This document shows, in pieces, positions 54,101-64,000 of a stretch of 64,000 nt of DNA. Both the position numbers and the translations under genes were made by a program. The stretch comes from the human T2T-CHM13v2.0 reference genome, Homo sapiens, in the NCBI RefSeq assembly GCF_009914755.1, contig NC_060947.1; one strand, given 5' to 3'. Position 1 is the first letter of the stretch. The number at the start of each line of letters is the position of its first letter. The notes beneath the pieces were generated by a model. It did not search any database and was not told the origin of the DNA. It saw nothing but the letters and a program-made list of their open reading frames with translations.

Positions 54101-54906
54101 TTCCTACCCAGGTTAATAAAAGCTATGTTTACATGATACCAATACAGCTGAACAACTTTTAGTAAAAAATTGAGTCAAAACAGGTCGTGTGAGAGAGGTC
54201 ACGCTGGCCAGCTGCTTTGGTATCATGTACACACGAGCAAATAGCGGCTATACAGTCTGGTTACCACACCCACAGGGAAGCATGGTAGACAGAACCCAGC
54301 CACCACACGCCAAAACACAGCACAACAATATGGCATTTACTTTAACAAGCAAGGAGGAATAATCAAGAAGGAAGGGCAATTGGGTCCTCACTCTAGGAGA
54401 TGGTGGCTGAAGACATTTTACACCTGTTTTTAAGTTTCCTATAACAGATCTGGAAAACGTCAAAGGGCTGGCAGTCTTTCGAAAGGCAAGTTTCAGATAC
54501 TATTGCACCACCTATTCAAATAGCCCGTAAGTTCTGCCAACAGTTAAGGATGAAACTGCTTCTCACAATAGAGATAGAGAACCTTGGGTTCTTTCTGGAT
54601 ATTGGAACATATGCATGGCTCGGCAAATTGAAAGTGGTGCTTTCTGAAAACTGTTTTTAGCTGTTTGAGTTCTACTTGTGTTATTTTGAATACTGCCACA
54701 CAAGAACTAAAAATCTCTGTCATTTCTTAAAGAGTTTAAACAAACAATATTAAAATACCATCTTCCGTCACATTGAAAGGCAGTTGGATATGTTTTTCCT
54801 CCATATTTACATATACAGAGTTCTGATCTAGAAAACCAATACAATAAACCATTTTATGTTTTAAAAACAGGCAGTCTTTGGTGACGCAAAGGCAGAGATA
54901 TTTTTG
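50270..54906 (-). other. TENM1: TENM1 3' UTR (~4.6 kb); probable poly(A) signal at plus-strand TTTATT 50289-50294
   Basis: Transposon-poor AU-rich stretch contiguous with the stop codon; AATAAA on the - strand followed by a GT/T-rich downstream element. Confidence 0.65.
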
Positions 54907-55665
54907 TTACCTCCTGCCTATTTCGCTCTGTCTCATAAAGTGAATATTATTGGCACTGTCAGAAAGTTCTAAATACTGCTCAACAGACAAAACAAAATAC
55001 CCATCGTAACCTTGTACCCGCCCAGTGCTCAAAAGCTGCTGCTTTTCCCCTTCTGTCCATGCCCTAATCCCCTCTTCCCCCTCTTGCAGCCTTCTTTGTT
55101 CCTTAGTCCAGGCCTGGGCCACTGCGCGCTGTCTGGCAATCTCCAACACGTGATTCTTTTCCTCTTCGACAGTTGTCCCATACCGGATGTTGAAGCACAG
55201 GGCTCCATGCTGGAGCTGAATATCTGCAAACCGTCTAGTCCTCCCATTCAACACAGAAGTCATCTGGGACACAGTGACATTGACACCATTCTCCAGAATC
55301 CGCCTCCCCCCAGTGTTACCGATGAGCACCAGGTCTTCCTCCAGAGACCCAAGCTTAATGAAGTAGTGAGTGTCCCTCCCCTCTATGGTAAAATGTAGGT
55401 TTTCCAGGTAATGGGCATTATTGAGAATGGCAGCAAGCCGCCTGCTATCTTCATTGGCTACTCCTATAATATCAGCTGTTACTATGCCATCCTTGATGGC
55501 AAATTTTATACCTTTCCCAAAAACAGAAGGGACAGCAGCAAACCTTGGTTGCTTCCCTCCTTCAAGGCACCGTCCATCATTGTATCGGGGAGTCATAGGT
55601 AGTTGGTCCAAGGAAATGAAATTCCTGAGCTGTTTCTGGAGTTCACACTGAATGCCCAGGATAGT
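54907..55665 (-). CDS. TENM1: TENM1 terminal coding exon (ABD, Tox-GHH, TCAP-1), 759 nt
   Basis: CTCTTTCCTAG acceptor; TILGIQCELQKQLRNF...QQLLSTGRVQGYDGYFVLSVEQYLELSDSANNIHFMRQSEIGRR*; 253 codons, phase 0. Confidence 0.97.
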   Translation of the reverse strand, partial: TILGIQCELQKQLRNFISLDQLPMTPRYNDGRCLEGGKQPRFAAVPSVFGKGIKFAIKDGIVTADIIGVANEDSRRLAAILNNAHYLENLHFTIEGRDTHYFIKLGSLEEDLVLIGNTGGRRILENGVNVTVSQMTSVLNGRTRRFADIQLQHGALCFNIRYGTTVEEEKNHVLEIARQRAVAQAWTKEQRRLQEGEEGIRAWTEGEKQQLLSTGRVQGYDGYFVLSVEQYLELSDSANNIHFMRQSEIGRR

Positions 55666-57040
55666 CTAGGAAAGAGAGGCACAGAGCAGATGCAGCATGG
55701 AGTTAGACATCTGTCAGATACTTGGTGATTGTGGAAAGGACAGGCTTGCAAGTTTGCTTCCTTCTCTCTTTAATTTGTCAGTGAGTGATTTAAAAATAAG
55801 CCAGATTTGGAATCTCTTCATCAGAGATTTGGAAAAGACTAACAGGTGACTACCTAGCATTCTTATATCTTGGTGGAGTTAAGCATAAGGAAATACATTT
55901 AAACTTGAAATCACAGAATTGCAGAGCTGGAAGGCACTTTAAGTTGGTCCAGCTCTCCCAAAACACAGACATTTTATTTTCACTGATTTCACTCACACTG
56001 ACTAGATGTTATTACTACATGTAGAGTAATACTTAGGCACAGTGAGGCACAAAGAAATGCATAAGGCATAGTTCCTACTTTAAAGAGTTTAAGACCTTAT
56101 AATTAACTATGGCAAATCAGCCAGAAATTCATTGATCTTTTTATGTGGACTTAAAAAAAACCTTTTTTTTTGGGCAATTTTCAAACATACTAAGAAATAA
56201 AGAGAAAAGACTAATGAACCTCCAAGTATCCATTATGAAGCTTCAGCAATTTTCAACATTTTGCTAAATGTTTTTTAGAAGGACTTTTAATTACAGAAAG
56301 CATTTACATCTTTACAAAAAGGGATGAATTTATAGGACCTATCTAGAACTTCCTGTCCCTTATAATTTTTTAGACTTAAATTTCAAGGCCTCACACCCAA
56401 ATTTCAGTTTTATTCTATCAAGCCCATTTTGTTTTCGCAAACACAGATATTCATATTTCTTTCAGTTGAAAGAAAAAGCTCCTTATTTTCATTTGTACCT
56501 CATACTTCTGGTGATATCATCTGCTGAATCTTAAATGTTTTGATGTTCCTATTTTTTCTCAAAACTGTACCCTTGTAATATTTATTATTTTTGCTTCATT
56601 GTGTTTATGTATTTTTTCTTTATCAGAATAATTTTATTCTGTTATTCCCATGCTCTTAAGACATCAACCCCTAAATTATTTTACAGTTGGAAATCTGATG
56701 TTTTCGTGTCTCTTACCGAACAATTTTCTCTAGGTAGAATCCATAATTGCTCTTGGTAGCCCATTTCAGAATTTTTAAAGTACAGTTCCTCTTTCCTCTT
56801 ATGTACCTATTGCAGCAGTCATCAAGTAACCTGTTAATCTTTTTTTTCCCCCAAAACTCCAATTCTCTGATCTTTTTTCTCATGGAGCTTTTTTTATACC
56901 TTCTCATTAATTGTGCACGTTTTAGTGAATATTCAAGAAGACTAAAAAATCAGTAAGCAAACATATGTATATATAATTTCTGGGTATTGAATGCCCTTCT
57001 GTTGTTTCAGCTAAAAGGAGGTGATAAAACTTTTACTAAC

Positions 57041-57183
57041 CTTTCCAGGATCCCACTCTTGAGTTTTTGTCTGAAGCCGTAGAAGCTCGTAAGTTAATTC
57101 TAAATTTTCTAATTCAGGTTTGGGAAATCCAGGTAGTACATTGTGTAATTGGAAACCAAATAGCTCCAACCAACTTCTGATGT
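57041..57183 (-). CDS. TENM1: TENM1 penultimate coding exon, 143 nt
   Basis: (D)IRSWLELFGFQLHNVLPGFPKPELENLELTYELLRLQTKTQEWDPGK; CTCACAG acceptor, AAG/GTTAGT donor; phase 1 to 0 fits its neighbours. Confidence 0.95.
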
Positions 57184-57309
57184 CTGTGAGACACAATATT
57201 AAAAAAAGAAAATGAAAAATCCCATACTTTATAAGCTTTGTTGAAAACTTGAAAGATACCTCTCCTGCCTTCAAACTGTTTAGGCAATAGAAGTTAGGAA
57301 TAAAACTCC

Positions 57310-57619
<310 letters not shown>

Positions 57620-58008
57620 TAAAACTCCCCTTTATATGGCCCACACTAAAACACCTGATCCTCTCTCTACAGGGTAGAGTGTTGATTTGTGGATAACCCT
57701 GGATTATAATATCAGCTTATATGATGAAACAAGAATCCTGAATTTTTCTTTTACGAAATTATTCATATAAGCTTGTAAGAGTAAAACACAGAAACAGCTA
57801 AAAAATGTAGTAGGATGCAAAAGTATTATATGTTAACATGCACGTTTTGCTCACTCTAGAAAACTAAGGAAGACAGCAAATGCACAATAACTTGCGGGCT
57901 AACTGTCAGGAAGAGGAAGCATATTTACAAAGGCATTGAGATTCTGTGATAAAATCAACAGTACTGAGTTACTCAAGTTTAGCTTAAAGTTTTAAATAGT
58001 TTAAATAC

Positions 58009-59229
58009 CTGTGGTATACTTTGCAACATCTTGAATTTTGCCAACTGGGTAGTTATTTTCAAAGGAGTAGAGGTTGAATGGTTTAGGAAGGAGGTTCAAC
58101 TGTTTCCATATGTGATGATTAGGCGTTGTCCATCTGCCAGCAACAACATCATAATCCCTTTGCCCCAGGTGCACTAATTTAGTAAGGAAATCATAGAGTC
58201 CTCCATGAAAACCAATAATGACCTGAAAGTCAGGGTAAGTGTCATGATAGATATCGCCATAAGGTGTGTATAGTATCTCCTTTATGACCTGACCTCGGCT
58301 GCTGAACACAGCTAGTGGGGTACCTGTATTATCACAGGCTACATAATATTCTTCACCACTGCTTAACTCCATGGCAATAAGGTGACCTTGGAGATCATAA
58401 TACAGAGATGTAATCTCCGAGCTTGTGTGGTTGTACAAATGAGTAACTCTTATGGGGTTGGTAAGGTCTGCATAAAAGAACTGAAGGTGCTGCCCTAGGC
58501 TGGACTTACTCGCGACACGTCGCCCAAGCCCATCATAGTAATACTGCACAGTCCAGCCAGAAGCCTTATTGTAGGCTTTCTGCAGCAGGCCATTAGAATT
58601 ATATTCAAAAATATCATTTCCCCTCTGCCTCAGAAAGCCATCTTCATCCATTTTATACTGAATTTCTCCTAATCTGGTGATGCGGTCTCGGAGGTCATAT
58701 CGGAGAGGAGTAAGACGAGCACTCTTCCCATGGCTTAAGAGGTTGATGTTTCCATTCAGATCGTAACTATAACGCCACTGGGTTTTGTCATTTACAGAAA
58801 CAGTCTGAAGTTGCCCATCAGCATCGTATTCATAGAAGTACCTTGTTATATTGGCATCTACTCCTACCCTTATGTCACATATTACCATGCGGCCCACATT
58901 ATCATATTGAATGGTCATCCAGTAGGCAATTGCCTTTAGGATTTCATATTGGACTTCAATGACTTGTCCATTGGCACTGAAGATTTTGGTGTGTTTCATC
59001 ACTGTAGTAGTTATGACCTGATTTAAATCGTAATTAATTACACTGAATTTTCCAAACTGCTCTGTTCTGCCAGAGACATCAACATATCGGTAAAGATCTA
59101 TAGGCAAAGGGGTTTCATTGATTACAGCTTGCATGCTTGTGACTCGGAAATTGTTGTAGCTGTAGTCGAACCGTGCATTCACAAGGCCTTCTTCACTGAA
59201 TCTGAAAATCTGGCGTCCAATAAGAGGTC
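58009..59229 (-). CDS. TENM1: TENM1 coding exon, YD-repeat/RHS shell, 1221 nt
   Basis: [15 protein letters not shown]...YEYDADGQL...YYYDGLGRR...[13 protein letters not shown]...[10 protein letters not shown]; CTGCAG acceptor, CAG/GTATTT donor; phase 1 to 1. Confidence 0.97.
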
Positions 59230-60051
59230 CTGCAGGAACCAAAACAAAAACAGTAAGAAGCTAGGCGATCAATGTGGAAGAGTCAGAAAGGTCTAGTGTT
59301 ATTTTATTTAGTACTGGTGCTTTTATATTCATAATACAATATTAGAGACTGATCTCTGATATCAAATGCCTGGGCATATTACCTCATGGATATATATTCT
59401 CATAGTGGTAATCCTCAAATATAAAAAATTAAAATACTCTATAGTTATAGAAAATTTTAATTATAGAAACTACAGAAGTAATAACACATCCAGTAGCCCA
59501 GGGTGATGAAATTGATACTTCTTGCTATAATCACTGACAAAAATGCTTTCATTTCATTTAACCTTTGCTACAAAGTCAGAGGGTCAGGTTTTGACAAATT
59601 CCAGCATTAAAGTAACTGGATTTGGGCATTCTATAAACCCAAAGGGTGAAATACATTAGAAAGTTCTGACTTGTGAAGATATTTTGTCATCAACTGAGGC
59701 TTATAAAGGTTACACAGGGCTTGAGCTAGTTTCAGTGAGACTTATATCTTGCCGTTTCATCTTTGAGAAGATTTGGTGCTGAGCAGGAATGGGTATACAG
59801 TTACACTAGGCACTTGGATTTCAAATTACTTGAGAGCTGAAAGAAAGAAATGCACTATATGTTTTTAAGAAATCAGCTTTCATCAGACTATAACATGCTT
59901 TACATTTTCAATGTCAGATAATTTGATAAGTAAAGTGAAAGTTGGGTTGAATGTGTGTAGATTAATGCTTCTATCTCACACTGTGGTCAGTAAAAATGTC
60001 ATAAGAAAATAGTGATGTTGTTGTACACACCACCACTCTTTCACAACAAAC

Positions 60052-60439
60052 CTGTTTGCCTGTATCTGATTGTGCAGATGAATCCGTCATGCATCAGGTG
60101 TATTGTCTTAATCACTCCAGAAGACTCTTCATATGTTAATGTGACCTGAGTGGTATCATAGAGAACCTCAGAAAGCCTTGCTTGCTTGGTGTACTTGTAT
60201 AAGACTCTGCGCCCTGTCCCCAGATGCAGGGTCTGTAGCAATCGGCCATCTCGACTATAGTCTTGGATAAAAGAAGTGCTACTGTCCGGTGGGGTGTAGA
60301 TGTTCCGGTAGTAGCCCACTGAAAGCATGGTTTGTAAGCTGTGACGCACCATGCTAGGCATGGTGACTGAGAGCAGACAATCTGGTTGGTCATACTCAAA
60401 GATGTAACGCCGCTGGCTGTGTAGGAGAAGCATCACAGA
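60052..60439 (-). CDS. TENM1: TENM1 coding exon (YD region), 388 nt
   Basis: [17 protein letters not shown]...[12 protein letters not shown](G); TTTCAG acceptor, CAG/GTTTGT donor; phase 0 to 1. Confidence 0.96.
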
Positions 60440-60509
60440 CTGAAACGAGACAAAGGCAGAATAGCATATTATGGACAACTAAAGTTGAGGCGACTAAAGA
60501 AAATACACA

Positions 60510-61330
60510 TTCATCCATTCAACACAAATCAATCAAGCACTTACTGTGTGCCAGACACTGTGGCAAACCCTAGTGGATACAGTAGTGCACAATAGTGGTG
60601 TCTATCTTCATGAAATTTACAGTTTTAATGGAGGAGAAAGACAAGTAACCAAGCAATTACAATATAGTGTGAAATGTGTTATGACAGGGGAGTTACAGAG
60701 TGCTTCTGGAAGGCAGAGGAAGACCAGCTTACTCAGACTTGAGAGACCAGAAAAGGCTTCTTGGATAAAGTGGCATCTGAGTTGAGACATAAAGATTGCC
60801 TAGGGATTGTCCAGGTGAAGGCAGGGAGCCGGGGGCAGGGGTAGGGAAAGAGTATTCTTGGCAGAGAGCACAGCCTTGTGAGGGTCTGGATATGAAAAAG
60901 AACACGGCTTTTTCAGAGAATGAGAGAAATTTTGTGTGGCTAGAACTTGAGTATGTTGGGAGTGGTGGGAATGGCAGGAGATGACGTCAGCTATGTAGGC
61001 TGAGTCCAGATCATGCTAGGCTTTCTAAGCCACACTAAGGAGTTTGGATTCAAGTATGTTGGCAACAGGGAGTCATCGAAGGGTTTCTATTTTATTTCAT
61101 TTTTTTAGAGCCAGGGTCTCACGGTGTTGCCCAGGCTGGAGTGCAGTGGTGTAGTCATAGCTCACTGCAGCCTCGAACTCCTGAGCTTAGGCTATCCTCC
61201 TGTCTCAGCCTCCTGAGTAACTGGGACTACCAATGTGTGCCACTGCATCTGGCACTCTTGAAGGGTTTTAAGCAAGTTAAGGGACGGTTGCAAGAGGGCA
61301 CTTGCAAGCTGGGAGAAACTGTCAAGTTGG
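60510..61330 (-). mobile_element. L2 remnant containing an Alu monomer (FRAM/FLAM-like, 61089-61253, TSD GAAGGGTTT)
   Basis: CATTCATCCATTCAAC...GCACTTACTGTGTGCCAGACACTGTG L2 3' signature; single-arm Alu between duplicated flanks. Confidence 0.75.
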
Positions 61331-63132
61331 TATTTTAGAAAGGTTACTTCAACGTGCATATGTTTCAGAGGAAGGTAAATGGATGGCAGGGCATTTCACA
61401 AATTAATTTATAGTTATCATAAAGTATTGATTGACTTCACATACTAGATGTCTTCCTAAAAATTGTGCATAAAATATTATTATGGCACTATTAATGTTTT
61501 GCAATTGATGTTTTAACTTCACATTTCCATTTGTGTTTTAATATTAGGGAAGCATGTCATTAAAACTGAATGATTCTCTGGTTATGCAGCCCCTCTCCCC
61601 CAAACTGATCTGTATTTTAGAAACAGTTGTTTGTTGAGGTATAATGCAGGTAACAGGTGTTTCATAAATATTGATTGTCTTGTTTTAATTCTAAATGCAG
61701 ACATAAAAGGAGCACTGTTTTAGGGAGGACTCTAATTGACTGACATGTGCATCTCATCTTTTAATAAAAATAAAAATTTCTCATCCTTGGAGATTCTGAT
61801 ATGACTCCCTAGAGGAGCTTTATCCTTCCCCTTTAGAAAATTACCTTTTCAAGCAAAGAGATTTAGTTGAGGGTTATTTATTCAAGTTTGTGTTATGAAA
61901 ACAATAGGTATATTTTCATTTTCTAAGCACAAATTATATAAATATTTATGAATGTGAATTACACAAGTATATGTAATGTACATTTATATCTTCTAAATAT
62001 GACATTACATTCTAATATTGAATGTGCTTTCTGAAACTGCATATCCTCCCTACCCTTCTGAGAATTATTGACTTTGAATTGCATTTCAGTACCATGAAGT
62101 CAAAGTCAGTGGTTATTTGCTCATTTGTTCATTCTTTCTTTTCCACCAACATTACGCCTGCAGAGCCAGAGGTGAGTGCAGAAATCCTGTCAATTCGTCA
62201 CTTGTGGACAACCTGCAGCTTGCCACAGCCTACAGTTCCACCACTGTGACCTCTGAAAACCTCCTGAACAAAAGGAAGGAGACTTGGAAATCCTGAATGG
62301 GCTTGGAGACATTAAGGGAGAACTGCCTCCCTGGACCAAGGCAGAATTCAATAGAACCAGCAAGAAATTTTCCTATGAATGGGAAAGCAGGTGGCAGGGG
62401 GCAGGGGTGGAAAAGCTTTGTACAGGAATTGTGGAAAAGCTTTTGCATTATCTCTAGTCTGAAAGTCACATTTCTCAGTTCCTTTCCACTCTCTTCTGTC
62501 AACTTGCTGTGAGTAAATGACATCTGTCACCTGTGACACGGGCCAGGGACTATCACCATATGGCCCCCACACATTATCTAGTACCAGCCTGCCTGGGCCA
62601 TGCCTTTTCCAGTCACTGTACCAGCCTTTCCAAGTATTTATGGCACGTCGTTGTTATTCTCTCCTCTGTTCCCATCCTCCTGCCTGCAGTAAACCACTGC
62701 CTGAACCGTGTTCCTAGGTGGTGCTGATGCTGGGCTGTCTCAAAAGCCCTTAGTCTGTTTCAAAGCTTCCTGCCAATGGCAAGAATGTGGATGATGTGAT
62801 TAGAAATCAAATGAATGTAACTGTTACATTGCCAAAATACCATTTAGCTCTCATTTGGCTGCTTTTTCACTTTGGGTGGGCATTATTATCAGTTTGCTCA
62901 AAAACAGTGCTTATGAATCTATCCAATGTCCACAATGCTGTTATAGGATAAAAGGCCATTTCTTATTAGTCCAAATAACAGAGTGGGAGACTTTTATTCT
63001 TTTAATTGATTGTGAGGTTCTAAAAGAGATAATTGTAAAAGCAACAACAACAGCAACAGCAATCATGGCTGTATGCTTATTTGAACAAGACTAGAAATGA
63101 GAGCAGAAATTTGAAAAGTTAAAGCATTTGAA

Positions 63133-63151
63133 TGACCACCAGATGGCAGTG
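63133..63151 (+). promoter_or_regulatory. Strong CTCF core motif in a TENM1 intron
   Basis: TGACCACCAGATGGCAGTG matches the CCASYAGRKGGCRSY consensus. Confidence 0.7.
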
Positions 63152-64000
63152 TGGGGCCACCTGGAAGCTGAAGCCAAAGTCGTCGTTCTGTCTCTCTAGG
63201 CAGCCTCTGAAAGTGTCAGCCCCAAAGAGGCAATTGCTGTAAATGTATAAGGCTAAAGTATCTTATTAAATGATTATAAAATATATTTAAATGCATTTTA
63301 AAAATGAAGTTCATAAGAATTATTTTAGGAAACTGAAAGGTTTACATTTACTCTAATACAAAATTTTAGCCCACAAGTCTTCAAAATATAATTAACTCAG
63401 AGAAGTCTCATAAATCAAGACAGAGAATTAATGACCACATAGAGAAAATTTAAGAAACAATAATTGATTTTTTTAATAGGGAAGAGATCATTAAGCAACC
63501 ACAGCCATTACCCAAATAATTATTTTTCTCCTAATGGCTACAACCATTGTGCATGAAAATGATATGCATAAGTTTCACTTACTCTAGAAGAAGTCAAACT
63601 ATTTTCACAAAATTTCTGCGTGTTAAGGTGAAAAATCTGCTGCTGCTTTTTAATACATCGTGACACAGGTATGGCAAGCGAATTCACAAGGTAATACCAG
63701 AGTATTTTGGGGTGTAAAAAGAGAAATCCATTTTAAAGTTTGAGAATTCTTAGTTTAAAATATACTACAAGAACGAGCCTCTTTATCCCTGCTCTGCCCC
63801 TGTCATAGTGGGAGAATGTGCCACAAAGGCCATATTAATGAGAGGACTGGAAAGAACACAAGGAGATACAAAACCTCAAGTCAGTGAAAAAGTTACATGT
63901 TACATGGGATTTTGGTAAATTCAATGTTCTTTCCCTTTTTCCCTCTAGAATCACAATTTCAAAGATGCTTTAATTTCCTCCCTCCCTCCCTGCCTCCCTC

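Noticed and set aside
58001-60478. ORF-track starts and ends for TENM1 segments, and the idea of a horizontally acquired free-standing RHS toxin gene
   Set aside because: These are internal exons with canonical splice sites and consistent phases; the toxin homology of teneurins is already established.

Overview
Mammalian (human-type) genomic DNA with introns and many Alu/L1 copies, recognisable as the Xq25 TEX13D-SH2D1A-TENM1 interval. The + strand carries the single-exon TEX13D CDS (7489-9633, 714 aa, with an internal higher-order repeat and a RanBP2-type zinc finger) and all four coding exons of SH2D1A/SAP (21214-45760, 387 nt, 128 aa). The - strand carries the last four coding exons and a ~4.6 kb 3' UTR of TENM1, converging on SH2D1A. 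Repeats include Alus, L1 fragments, a full LTR-int-LTR MLT1A-type MaLR, a Tigger3-type DNA transposon and an RPLP1 retro-fragment. I found no CRISPR array, rRNA or tRNA. Top candidates for follow-up are: (1) an apparently heavily decayed piggyBac/PGBD-like transposase fossil at ~13.75-16.06 kb (- strand), read by eye across frames; (2) a template-switch/inverted-duplication scar bracketing a ~770 bp AT-rich repeat in SH2D1A intron 1; (3) a fold-back junction beside a tightly spaced inverted Alu pair upstream of TEX13D; (4) the hierarchical coding repeat and putative 3'-UTR intron of TEX13D. Repeat subfamily names and boundaries are approximate because no database search was possible.
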